From: Bdellovibrionales bacterium
GTDB taxonomy: Bacteria > Bdellovibrionota > Bdellovibrionia > Bdellovibrionales > CAYMLA01
DNA length: 64,000 nucleotides
NCBI GenBank assembly: GCA_965217115.1
Contig: OZ244239.1
Location: 128,001 to 192,000, forward strand
Direction of reading: 5' to 3'
Each line of letters starts with the position of its first letter. Position 1 is the stretch's first letter. The notes beneath the pieces were generated by a model. The model was not told where the DNA came from. It saw nothing but the letters and a program-made list of their open reading frames with translations, and did not search any database. Shown in pieces: positions 9,110 to 18,643 of this stretch. The position numbers and the translations under genes were made by a program.

Positions 9110-10354
9110 TTATTTGAAAAATGGGAGAAGATTCTCCCTTGCCATAGTTTGTTGTTCCCCTGAGCTGAGATCTTTAACTGTGATCTGATTTTGAGCCATT
9201 TCTTCCTCTCCAATAATTAATGCGTGGGAGGCTCCTATCCTATTGGCTCTTTTCATGCGCTTGGCCATATTACCGCTGTAGCTAAGATCACTAGGGATGT
9301 GAGCATGACGGAGTTCTTGGGTGATCTGAGTTGCAATATTTATGGCGTCGGGATTAACAGGAATAACGGCAATGGGAATTGTTTTAGGGACGTCTCTCTT
9401 TTGATCTTCAAGTAACAATGCCAGGCGTTCAAGGCCAGCTGCCCAGCCGACGGCGGGAGTGTCTTTGCCGCCCATTAGCTTTATCAATCCATCATAACGT
9501 CCTCCTGAGAGAATGGCATTTTGGGCTCCAAGGTGATCGGTTGTGAATTCAAAAACTGTGTGAGCATAGTAGTCCAATCCTCTAACTAAGCGGGGATTGA
9601 TTTCAAAAGAGACACCGTTGGATTGTAGACCCTCTTGCACTTGGTTAAAGAAGTCCATGGAGTCGGAGTTGAGATGATCGTGGAAAGAGGGGGCATCTGT
9701 GAGGATCTTTTTGTCATTCCCATCTTTTGAATCAAGAATTCTCAGTGGATTAGTCCTAAGCCTCTGTTGACTGTCGGAGGACAACTCTCTGGAGTATTTT
9801 TCTAAATATTGAACAAGTTGGTCTCTGTATTGTTCTCGGCTCTGGTGATCACCGATAGAATTGAGTTCGAGTTTTGAGAGATGGGAAAGTCCCAACTCTT
9901 TAAGAGTTTGCGCAGCCAGGCAGAGGACTTCAACGTCAGCCTGTGGAGAGGAGACTCCTAGGAGTTCGGCTCCAATCTGGTGAAATTGGCGTTGACGTCC
10001 TTTCTGGGGGCGTTCGTAACGGAACATGGGGCCGCTGTAGAAGAGTTTAAGTGGCGTGTGCTGGGCAAGTCCTTCGGAGATAAATGCCCGTGCTATTCCA
10101 GCGGTTCCCTCGGGGCGCAGGGTGAGGGATTCACCGCCTCGATCTTCAAAGGTGTACATTTCTTTACTGACAATGTCTGACTCACTTCCGAGGGTTCTTT
10201 CAAAAACCTGGGTGAATTCAAAAATAGGGGTTGAGATTCCATCAAATCCATAGACTGAGGCAATCTTGTGGGCAATATGGTCAATGTGTCGGAAGAGGCG
10301 TTGCTTATCAGGCAAGAGGTCGTGTGTTCCTCTGACTGGTTGCATAGATGCCAT
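9110..10354 (-). CDS. hisS: Histidine--tRNA ligase (start reassigned to ATG 10354)
   Basis: PVRGTHD, KEMYTF, LRPEGTA, FRYERPQKGRQRQFHQ, LVRGLDYY, GGRYDGL; GGAG RBS before ATG 10354. Confidence 0.97.
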   Translation of the reverse strand: MASMQPVRGTHDLLPDKQRLFRHIDHIAHKIASVYGFDGISTPIFEFTQVFERTLGSESDIVSKEMYTFEDRGGESLTLRPEGTAGIARAFISEGLAQHTPLKLFYSGPMFRYERPQKGRQRQFHQIGAELLGVSSPQADVEVLCLAAQTLKELGLSHLSKLELNSIGDHQSREQYRDQLVQYLEKYSRELSSDSQQRLRTNPLRILDSKDGNDKKILTDAPSFHDHLNSDSMDFFNQVQEGLQSNGVSFEINPRLVRGLDYYAHTVFEFTTDHLGAQNAILSGGRYDGLIKLMGGKDTPAVGWAAGLERLALLLEDQKRDVPKTIPIAVIPVNPDAINIATQITQELRHAHIPSDLSYSGNMAKRMKRANRIGASHALIIGEEEMAQNQITVKDLSSGEQQTMARENLLPFFK

Positions 10355-10527
10355 AGATTTATCTCCCAAATAATCGCCTGACTGTAATATGACGACGATG
10401 CTGTGAACTGTCAACTGACGACTTTTCCAGAGTCAATGATTGCCAGAATAGTGTTTGAGAGTTGATAAATACAAGGTATAAGTTCAGAAGAGAGATTTGG
10501 CGACTATGATGGATTAAAGGGTGGAGT

Positions 10528-11832
10528 GTGAGTGTATTAAATATTTTAGAACCTCTGTTGCTGGGCGTGGTGCTGGGGGCTTGTCTCTCTTATTATCTCC
10601 TACTTCGGAGGGGAAAGAGTGAGCTTAAAGTAACAAGTGCTAAACTCAATGAGTTAGAATCGTCGTTAAAAGTTAAAGCTAGCGAGTTGACGATGTTGGG
10701 CGAGCAGAAGAATATAACTGAAGAGAGATACGAATCCTCAGAGAGGAGGGTTCTTAATTTAGAAAAAGAAGTGTCTTCGGTGAATTCAGATAAAGAAAAC
10801 CTTCTCTCACAAGTAGAGAAACTAGAGTCCATAGAGAAATCCCTTGAAAATAAATTAGAGGCTTTGCTAATGAAGGTGTATGACCAATCCCATGAGCGAC
10901 TCACTAAGAGTTCTAAGGAGTTGTGGGGGCATATGATAAATCCCTTTAAGGGAGAGATTGATGAATTAAAAAAAACTGTCATTGAAAATTATGAAAAAGA
11001 GTCCAGGGAGTCGTTAAGTTTAAAGGCTCAAATTGAAAACATGAATGGAATTTATGAAAAGATGAATTCTTATACAGATTCTCTGACGAAGGCTCTAGAG
11101 GGAGACTCTAAGGTTCAAGGTGATTGGGGTGAAATGATACTTGAGAGAATTCTGGAGATGACTGGTTTGACTGAAGGTCGGGAGTATGTTCTCCAGGGCA
11201 AGGGTTTAGGTCTTAAAGATGATGATGGTACAATTCGCAAACCTGATGTGATTCTTCTTCTTCCGCAAGAGAGAAATTTAATTATAGACTCCAAGGTCTC
11301 TTTGGTGGGCTATAATAAGTTCTTTTCTGTTGAAGATGAGCAAGGAAGGAAGGAGGCTGGTGAAGGAATGCTGGAATCCATTCACAGGCATATAGATGAT
11401 CTTTCAAGGAAAGACTATGGGAGTTTATATAAACTAAATTCTCCAGATTATGTTTTGATGTTTGTGCCAAACGACGGAATGTTCGCTTTAGCAACGAGTT
11501 TGGATAGAGATATTTATAACAAGGCCATTAGCAAGGGTGTGAATTTGGTGAGCCCTTCTTTTTTAATACCGAGTTTAAGGTTGATTCAAAATATTTGGCA
11601 GAGAGAGAAACAGACCAAGAATGCCTTAAAAATCGCTGAGGAGGCGGGGCGACTTTACGATAAGTTTGTTTCTTTCCGTGATGATTTACAGAGAGTCAGA
11701 GAGGGTTTGGGACGCGCTGACACTGCAGTGGATGATGCCTTTAAGAAATTAGACACAGGCAATGGTTCTCTTGTTAAGAAGGCTTCACTTCTAAAAGAGT
11801 TGGGTGCTAAAACAAAAAAAGAGTTGATCTGA
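10528..11832 (+). CDS. rmuC: DNA recombination protein RmuC
   Basis: N-terminal TM helix and coiled coil; QGDWGEMILERILE, PDVILLLP, IIDSKVSL, PDYVLMFVP. Confidence 0.93.
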   Translation: MSVLNILEPLLLGVVLGACLSYYLLLRRGKSELKVTSAKLNELESSLKVKASELTMLGEQKNITEERYESSERRVLNLEKEVSSVNSDKENLLSQVEKLESIEKSLENKLEALLMKVYDQSHERLTKSSKELWGHMINPFKGEIDELKKTVIENYEKESRESLSLKAQIENMNGIYEKMNSYTDSLTKALEGDSKVQGDWGEMILERILEMTGLTEGREYVLQGKGLGLKDDDGTIRKPDVILLLPQERNLIIDSKVSLVGYNKFFSVEDEQGRKEAGEGMLESIHRHIDDLSRKDYGSLYKLNSPDYVLMFVPNDGMFALATSLDRDIYNKAISKGVNLVSPSFLIPSLRLIQNIWQREKQTKNALKIAEEAGRLYDKFVSFRDDLQRVREGLGRADTAVDDAFKKLDTGNGSLVKKASLLKELGAKTKKELI

Positions 11833-11868
11833 GCGATTCACAACCAATGGTGAATGCTCCAAAAAAAA

Positions 11869-11944
11869 TGGCGTTCCCTACGGGAGTCGAACCCGTGTCT
11901 TCACCGTGAAAGGGTGATGTCCTAGGCCTCTAGACGAAGGGAAC
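11869..11944 (-). tRNA. tRNA-Glu (TTC)
   Basis: Reverse complement GTTCCCTTCGTCTAGAGGCCTAGGACATCACCCTTTCACGGTGAAGACACGGGTTCGACTCCCGTAGGGAACGCCA folds as a cloverleaf; encoded CCA. Confidence 0.97.
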
Positions 11945-11951
11945 ACGATAA

Positions 11952-12027
11952 TGGTGGCTCGTCTTGGGCTCGAACCAAGGACCCTCTCCTTAAAAGGGAG
12001 ATGCTCTACCAACTGAGCTAACGAACC
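11952..12027 (-). tRNA. tRNA-Lys (TTT)
   Basis: Reverse complement GGTTCGTTAGCTCAGTTGGTAGAGCATCTCCCTTTTAAGGAGAGGGTCCTTGGTTCGAGCCCAAGACGAGCCACCA; cloverleaf with CCA. Confidence 0.97.
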
Positions 12028-12280
12028 AAGAAGCCATAGAATGTCGTTTAAGACATGAAATTTGTCAACACAGAAATAGGGCTTAATAACTCAGAAACTG
12101 GAAATACTGAAAAATTACGGGCACTTCCCCAGTTTTAGAAGAGTATTTTGGCCTCTTTTCGTGGGAGATCGGAGAAATTCGATTAAATTTTGAAAAATGG
12201 GATTAAAAGGTTACATTTTGATAGATATATGATATCCATTTGGACATTATAAACGCAAAAACAAAAGAAGGAATACGCTA

Positions 12281-12475
12281 ATGAGTACAGGTACAGTAAA
12301 ATTTTTTAATGCAGGCAAAGGTTTCGGTTTTATTACTCCAGATGACGGGAATGATCTCTTTTTTCATATCTCTGAAATCCAAGGACAGGAGCCACAAGAC
12401 GGTGACAAGGTTGAATTTGAAGTTGGTGAAGGACGTAAAGGGCCTTGTGCAGTTAATGTGAAAATTAAAAACTAA
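12281..12475 (+). CDS. Cold-shock protein (CspA family)
   Basis: GTVKFFN..KGFGFI (RNP1), DLFFHIS (RNP2), [10 protein letters not shown]. Confidence 0.96.
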   Translation: MSTGTVKFFNAGKGFGFITPDDGNDLFFHISEIQGQEPQDGDKVEFEVGEGRKGPCAVNVKIKN

Positions 12476-12507
12476 ATATTTAGTATTTTCATAGGATATT
12501 CAATTCT

Positions 12508-12541
12508 AAAAGACGTTCCAAATAGGAGCGTCTTTTTTTTT
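12508..12541 (+). terminator. Intrinsic terminator after csp, possibly bidirectional with ung
   Basis: AAAAGACGTTCC-AAATA-GGAGCGTCTTTTTTTTT: stem-loop with T-tract and a preceding A-tract. Confidence 0.85.
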
Positions 12542-12575
12542 GCAAATTTTCTTCCCAGGTGTTGAGCAATAGATT

Positions 12576-13277
12576 TTAGAGACTTGGTAATTGCCAATCA
12601 ATGGGGGTGAGGTTTTTCCCGAGCAAATATTGATTGGTTTGGGAAAAATGTCGACATCCAAAAAAGCCTCTATGGGCTGACAATGGAGAGGGGTGGGGAG
12701 CTTTTAAAACAAAGTGCTTCTGGAGATCAATTTGCGCGCCCTTTTTTTGAGCATAATTCCCCCATAGGAGGAAGACAATATTCCGCTTCTTTTTATTAAG
12801 AATATCAATCGTGGCAGAAGTAAATCCTTCCCAGCCTTTGTTGTGGTGAGAACCCGCCTTTCGTGCTTCAACTGATAACGTCGCATTGAGTAAGAAAACT
12901 CCTTGCTCAGCCCAAGACTCTAAAAAACCGTGATTGGGCAGATCAAGTCCCAAATCTTGATTCATCTCCTTATAAATATTTTTTAGGGAAGGTGGGATAG
13001 AAACCCCTGGCCGCACTGAGAAAGAAAGTCCATGGGCTTGTCCCGGTCCATGATAGGGGTCCTGCCCGATGATCACGACCTTAACCCTATCAAGAGGAGT
13101 TCTGTTAAACGCAGCAAAAAACTCAGTGCTCTTGGGATAAATGATTTTCTTGCTCTTAGACTCTTGCCGTAAAAACTCTCTGAGTCCCTGCATATAAGGC
13201 TTGGAGAACTCATTAAGGAGTTCTCTCTTCCAACTTCCATGGATTTGTACAGAGCCTTGTTTCATCCTGTTGAACAT
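12576..13277 (-). CDS. ung: Uracil-DNA glycosylase, family 1
   Basis: GQDPYHGPGQAHGLSFSV, PPSLKNI, LLNATL, HPSPLSA. Confidence 0.97.
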   Translation of the reverse strand: MFNRMKQGSVQIHGSWKRELLNEFSKPYMQGLREFLRQESKSKKIIYPKSTEFFAAFNRTPLDRVKVVIIGQDPYHGPGQAHGLSFSVRPGVSIPPSLKNIYKEMNQDLGLDLPNHGFLESWAEQGVFLLNATLSVEARKAGSHHNKGWEGFTSATIDILNKKKRNIVFLLWGNYAQKKGAQIDLQKHFVLKAPHPSPLSAHRGFFGCRHFSQTNQYLLGKNLTPIDWQLPSL

Positions 13278-13310
13278 ATCTTAACAGAGCATTCTCTCAA
13301 AGAGATTATT

Positions 13311-13832
13311 GGTTCTTTGTGATAAATAGTGGAACTACTCCCAAGAGACTCATCTTGAGGGCTCTCTTTCTAAAATTATCCATGGATAACAGCGTTGTTA
13401 TAGATGGAGGTCAGCCATAGAAATAGAGGAAATCTGTCTAGTTAACGAAGCTCAGTTTTCTAAACCAACCCAGGTTTATTATTATTCGTTTTAAACTTTC
13501 GAGGGAATTTGTCCAGAATAAGTGACCTATTTCTAAACCAACACTTTGGCCTTCCCAGTCTTTTCAGTCTTTTGTACAACCCCCTTTGAAATTACACAAA
13601 AATCCATTGACTCATTGATTGAATAGGGCATTTTTTTCTAGAGTATCTCCCAAAAGAATCTAGTTCTTTTCGGCGAGTTTGGCTTGGCGACTTCCATTGC
13701 ATTTCTCTGCAATGGAAGGTGACAAACGGATGTTTGAGCAAGAAAAGGGCTGGATTCTTTTGGGAGATACTCTAGAAAAAAAACGGCTCATCAGAAAAAA
13801 ACCGGCTCCACTATTGTTTGTCATAAAGAATC
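13311..13832 (+). mobile_element. MITE-like element, copy 2 (522 bp, longest copy)
   Basis: Same TIRs as copy 1; exact 8-bp TSD AGATTATT at 13303-13310 and 13833-13840; contains internal segments missing from copies 1 and 3. Confidence 0.92.
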
Positions 13833-13981
13833 AGATTATTTGTTTTATTTGCTAATTTTTAGTCAATGTGCACTTGTTTGACAGTGTCTAATTTTGAGAT
13901 ATGGATTAATTACTTAGAATGATTAATAAAGTTTAAGGTGTGATTGTGTTTTTAGTGGCATAAATTTTGAAGTAATAGGTA

Positions 13982-14476
13982 GTGGGTAACGGGAGAAATA
14001 TGTCAATAGGCACGTATAGCAAAAAAAAAGGGTCTAATTTTTTAGAATTGGTGAATGGCACTGAGAGTGCACAACCATTGGAAAACGAGAAGACTTCAAC
14101 GGAGTTCCTTCGGCTCTTAGGTAAAAATATTATAGGAAAAGTAGTCAAAAGATCAAAGGAATTAAGAGAGAGAAAATGCGCTCGTAAGAACTGGAAAGTA
14201 GGCCTAAAGGTTTTTGACCGTGGAGGAAAGTTCTTGGCCCACGGGAGTACCCTGGATGTGAGTCTGCGTGGCATAGGAATTCTAATTGATAATGCTCAGA
14301 TTAGAGACAAATCTTTATTAGATGTGGTGATTCCTCTGGAAGGAGGAGAGTGCTTTGAAGCAATATGCCAAGTTACAGAAGCAAGGGACAAGGGCGACAA
14401 GCAGATATTGGGCTTGCGTATCTTAGAATTAACTCCACTGGGACATCGTTTCTTAGAACAAGCTTTAGCCTCATAA
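13982..14476 (+). CDS. PilZ-domain (c-di-GMP receptor) protein (start may be ATG 14000)
   Basis: RxxxR (ERKCAR) and DxSxxG (DVSLRG) motifs. Confidence 0.85.
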   Translation: MGNGRNMSIGTYSKKKGSNFLELVNGTESAQPLENEKTSTEFLRLLGKNIIGKVVKRSKELRERKCARKNWKVGLKVFDRGGKFLAHGSTLDVSLRGIGILIDNAQIRDKSLLDVVIPLEGGECFEAICQVTEARDKGDKQILGLRILELTPLGHRFLEQALAS

Positions 14477-14490
14477 TTGGCGACCATCGT

Positions 14491-16164
14491 TTATTTAATT
14501 TTGGCCCAAGTGTCTTTTAAAGTGACGGTTCTATTAAATAAGATCTCTCCCTTAGAAGCTTTGGGATCAGAGAAAAAATATCCTAAACGTTCAAATTGAT
14601 AATGATTATTCTCGGGACCATTTTTAAAGGAAGGGTCAAACTTCGCATGGGAGATGACTTTCAAGGACTCCGAATTGATAGAGGAAGTAAAATCCTTCTC
14701 TTTATCAGCGAGAGGGTTAGCTTCAGTAAACAAACGGTCGTACAAATGAACAGTTCCTTCGATGGCATGTAGAGCACTCACCCAATGAATAATACCTTTC
14801 GTTTTTTTCTGCCCTTCAGGAGTTTTTCCGCCGAAGGTCGCCTCGTCATAGGTGCAACGAAGTTCTGTGACCTTTCCATGGGAATCTTTTATAACTTCGT
14901 TACACTCAATGACATAGGCATAACGTAAACGCACTTTCCCCTTAGGCGATAGGCGAAAATATTTCTTAGGCGGGTCTTCCATAAAATCCTCCCGCTCTAT
15001 ATAAATCTCCCGTGAGAATGGAAAGATTCTACGGCCCATGTCTTCATTTTTTGGATGCTTTTTAGCAGAGATTTCTTTCTCTTCCCCTTCAGGATAATTA
15101 GTAATAACTACTCTTATAGGATCAAGAACAACCATTGTGCGCGGAGCATGCTCGTCTAAGTCTTCACGAATGGCATTTTCTAGAGTACTCATCTCAATAG
15201 AACTATCTTTTTTGGTGACACCAATCCGTTCACAGAAATGACGAATGGAACTAGGGGTGTACCCACGACGACGCATACCAGAGATGGTCGGCATTCTTGG
15301 GTCATCCCAACCAGAGACTATATTTTTTTGAACCATCTGGATAAGTTTACGTTTGCTCAAAACAGAGTACTCTAGGTTTAGGCGTGCAAATTCAATCTGT
15401 TGAGGGTGACATGAGTGCTCTGTCTTTTGAATAATCCAATCGTATAAAGGCCGGTGATCTTCAAATTCTAAAGTGCAGATTGAGTGTGTAATACCCTCGA
15501 TGGCATCAGAGAGGCAGTGGGTAAAATCATACATAGGATAAATACACCATTTGTCGCCAACCTGGGGATGGGGTGTCTTTTTAATGCGATAGATGACGGG
15601 ATCTCTCATATTTATATTGGGAGAAGCCATATCGATTTTTGCTCTAAGAACTAGGGTGCCATCATCAAATTCACCAGCCTTCATACGGGCAAAGAGGTCT
15701 TTATTTTCTTCAATAGATCTACAACGATCAGGACTGTTTACACCAGGTTGGGTCAGAGTCCCACGGTATTCACGCATTTTATCTGGAGCTAAAGAGCAGA
15801 CATAGGCGAGGTCTTTTTCTATGAGTCTAACAGCTAGATCATAGAGCTTATTAAAATAATCAGAGGAGTGGAAAAGTTTATCCTTCCAATCAAATCCTAA
15901 CCAACGGACATCCTCTTTTATGGATTCTACGTACTCTATGTCCTCTGCTTCAGGGTTGGTGTCATCAAATCTAAGATGGGTCACGCCGTTGAATTTTTTG
16001 GCTAAATCAAAATTCAGACAGATAGACTTAGCATGACCGATGTGTAAATAACCATTTGGTTCCGGTGGAAAACGGGTGATAATCTGCGTGTGTTTTCCTG
16101 TGGCTAGGTCCTTCTCAATAGTTTGTTGAATAAAGTTACTGTTACCAGCGTCAGAATGTTCCAT
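14491..16164 (-). CDS. glnS: Glutamine--tRNA ligase (start probably ATG 16164)
   Basis: [57 protein letters not shown]. Confidence 0.97.
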   Translation of the reverse strand: MEHSDAGNSNFIQQTIEKDLATGKHTQIITRFPPEPNGYLHIGHAKSICLNFDLAKKFNGVTHLRFDDTNPEAEDIEYVESIKEDVRWLGFDWKDKLFHSSDYFNKLYDLAVRLIEKDLAYVCSLAPDKMREYRGTLTQPGVNSPDRCRSIEENKDLFARMKAGEFDDGTLVLRAKIDMASPNINMRDPVIYRIKKTPHPQVGDKWCIYPMYDFTHCLSDAIEGITHSICTLEFEDHRPLYDWIIQKTEHSCHPQQIEFARLNLEYSVLSKRKLIQMVQKNIVSGWDDPRMPTISGMRRRGYTPSSIRHFCERIGVTKKDSSIEMSTLENAIREDLDEHAPRTMVVLDPIRVVITNYPEGEEKEISAKKHPKNEDMGRRIFPFSREIYIEREDFMEDPPKKYFRLSPKGKVRLRYAYVIECNEVIKDSHGKVTELRCTYDEATFGGKTPEGQKKTKGIIHWVSALHAIEGTVHLYDRLFTEANPLADKEKDFTSSINSESLKVISHAKFDPSFKNGPENNHYQFERLGYFFSDPKASKGEILFNRTVTLKDTWAKIK

Positions 16165-16271
16165 GACGATCCCATTTAAGTTGGATGTAGATAGAGACAA
16201 GTATAAATAGAGGACCTAGTAAAGTCACGAAAATTGACTCCTCCAGAGAATTTCAGAGGTATGATCTTTGC

Positions 16272-17312
16272 TTATTGAATTTGCTGGGAGAGCCAATCTC
16301 TAAAGTTATCTATCATAGGATGATCTCTTAATTCGACAAGCTCCTTGCGAACTTTATCCATAGCACTGGCTATACCGATCTCACTGTAGGGTTGCGATAC
16401 AAGAAACGCCTGAGTTTTAGCGATGAATTCAGGGTAGAGGCAATCGGAGAATATTTGAGCTTCCTCTATAGTCCCTCTGTGAGTGTTAAGATGAACTTCT
16501 ACATGTCCCCACTCAAAACGTTCTTCAATTTGATGATTGAAATCGGGGGTTTTGCCAAATCTCCAATCCCAGTGTTTAAGTTTTTCATAGTATTCATTTA
16601 AAGAGGGAATTGTTTTTAAGTATTGATGATCAAGAGTTTCTACTTCGCAGGAGTTTGCGTGAACGAAGCAAAATTCCTTGATAATCTCCTGGCTAATGAC
16701 CTCGTGATTAATCTCGGGATTAATTATATTGAGATTAACGACCCTTGCTTTGACTGATTTAAGCCCCTTTGATTCAAGTTTCTTTTTGTTAGGGTTCAGG
16801 TAATCAGAGAGCTTTTCTAAATTGGCATTAAGTAATAGAGTTCCATGGTGAAAGCAACGATCGGTGCCTTTTTTAAAAGCACTGCCAGAGAATTTCCTCT
16901 CTCCCTGATCGTCTCTAACAGTAAGATCATTTCTTCCTGAAGCGGAGGCATTGATATTGAATTTTTTAAGGGCATTGATGATAATTTGATTATTACGGCT
17001 TTGACTGTAATTATCCTTGCTTGACATAAAAGTGAAGTTAGTATTGCCGAGATCCTGAAACACGGCACCACCACCGCTTTGCCGGCGAGCTAAGTGAACC
17101 CCATCCTGCTTCATACGGTCTGTATTGCATTCCGCCCAGGGATTTTGAAATCTTCCAATAACCACTGTGTCTTCGTTTCTCCAGAGAAAGAGGGTGTGCA
17201 CATGGGGATTCATATCACGAAATATCCAATCTTCTGTAGCGAGATTGAAATAAGGGTCAAAAGTATTTGAAATAAAGATACGTATTTTTTTTGAAGTTTG
17301 AGACTTATTCAA
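16272..17312 (-). CDS. lplA: Lipoate--protein ligase A
   Basis: NLATED, RRQSGGGAVFQDLGN, GRND, KFSGSA, HHGTLL, WDWRFGKTP. Confidence 0.95.
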   Translation of the reverse strand: MNKSQTSKKIRIFISNTFDPYFNLATEDWIFRDMNPHVHTLFLWRNEDTVVIGRFQNPWAECNTDRMKQDGVHLARRQSGGGAVFQDLGNTNFTFMSSKDNYSQSRNNQIIINALKKFNINASASGRNDLTVRDDQGERKFSGSAFKKGTDRCFHHGTLLLNANLEKLSDYLNPNKKKLESKGLKSVKARVVNLNIINPEINHEVISQEIIKEFCFVHANSCEVETLDHQYLKTIPSLNEYYEKLKHWDWRFGKTPDFNHQIEERFEWGHVEVHLNTHRGTIEEAQIFSDCLYPEFIAKTQAFLVSQPYSEIGIASAMDKVRKELVELRDHPMIDNFRDWLSQQIQ

Positions 17313-17330
17313 AAGAAAATAAAATCCTTA

Positions 17331-18506
17331 TTACTTCAGGGGTTGCCCCAGCTCCACCATAAAGGCAAGACCTAGACGTACAAAATTCATGGCATGATCA
17401 AAATTGAGTTTACTTATATTATCATGGCCCGTATGGATTGAGCTATTATAAGTCCCCATTGTCGCTTCAAAAGGCAGCACCGCTGGATAGCCCTTGCGAT
17501 GCCAAGAAGCGTGATCAGAACAGGCATAGCCACAATCTATTTGGCCGAGATCATTCTCTTTAAGTCCTATAACGTTCACGGCTAGCTCTTTGGTGAATTT
17601 TGTCAATTCAGGACTTACATTGTCTTGGACAAAGTACATAGCCTTATCATTTTCTGGAGAACGATAGCCAATCATGTCTAATTGCATAACCCCTTCTAAG
17701 GTTCGCTCTTGACTGACAAATTCTTCAACGACCTTTCTAGAGCCAACAAGGCCCAGCTCTTCTGCCGCGTAGAAAACAAAATAGAGATCTCTCTTAAACT
17801 TCATCTTGGATGCGAGGATAGCGCGAAAAATCTCCATAACTCCAGCAGAGCCAGAACCATCGTCGTCTGCCCCTGGCTTGTTACGAGCAAAGGTATCCAT
17901 GTGAGCCCCAATCAAGACTCCAGGTAGGGAGCTATTTTGACCTTTCAGTTCAACAACAACAGAGTCTTGAGTGTATCTGGTACCAGTAGCTATGGTCTTT
18001 ATCTTTACATCTTCTGACCGCTGATGGAATTGGGCATAGCGCCTGGCCTCAGCAACAAACCACTGCATCGCTTTACGACCATGTTCTGTGCGTGCTGAAC
18101 GATCTGAAAAGCTTACTATTCCCTCTAAAATTTCTTTATAGATTTTTTTACTTGTCAGAGCCACAGCACTTCGGCTCTCTTGTAGGTTTTGGATCTTTCG
18201 AGGTTTAAATGGGGTTGTCCATTTTCGATTAAAAAACGTCTTCGTATCTTCACCCGTGATCTCAAAGAAGCCTCCACAACCAAACCCGTTCTTATGAAGG
18301 GCTGAAGCGAGTGATTCAACAGAGTCTAAGCTTAATTCAACTTGCAAGAAATCTCCCTTCTTCTGGGCTTTCTTAAAATCAAATCCAGCGGGTAATAAAT
18401 TTCTATGTTTCTCGGGGACTAAATACCGATGTGAAGACGATGCCCAGCTAGTTATGCTATTATTAACAATAAAGATCCCGCATAAAAGTAATAGCCGGTG
18501 AATCAT
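17331..18506 (-). CDS. Secreted M28 leucyl aminopeptidase
   Basis: Signal peptide; GAHMD, GADDDGSG, AEELGL.GS, QLDM, CGYACSDHASW, IHT..D. Confidence 0.9.
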   Translation of the reverse strand: MIHRLLLLCGIFIVNNSITSWASSSHRYLVPEKHRNLLPAGFDFKKAQKKGDFLQVELSLDSVESLASALHKNGFGCGGFFEITGEDTKTFFNRKWTTPFKPRKIQNLQESRSAVALTSKKIYKEILEGIVSFSDRSARTEHGRKAMQWFVAEARRYAQFHQRSEDVKIKTIATGTRYTQDSVVVELKGQNSSLPGVLIGAHMDTFARNKPGADDDGSGSAGVMEIFRAILASKMKFKRDLYFVFYAAEELGLVGSRKVVEEFVSQERTLEGVMQLDMIGYRSPENDKAMYFVQDNVSPELTKFTKELAVNVIGLKENDLGQIDCGYACSDHASWHRKGYPAVLPFEATMGTYNSSIHTGHDNISKLNFDHAMNFVRLGLAFMVELGQPLK

Positions 18507-18643
18507 TTTTCTCCCCCTGTAGGTTAAAACATCTCCAAAATATTCTAACTTAGGAAGCTGGGGTTAGTAATTAATAATCTTTTGAGTTCGGGGCCTTAGT
18601 CCGTGTAGTTGGTGATTATTTAAGTGGATTCTAAAGAAAACCC

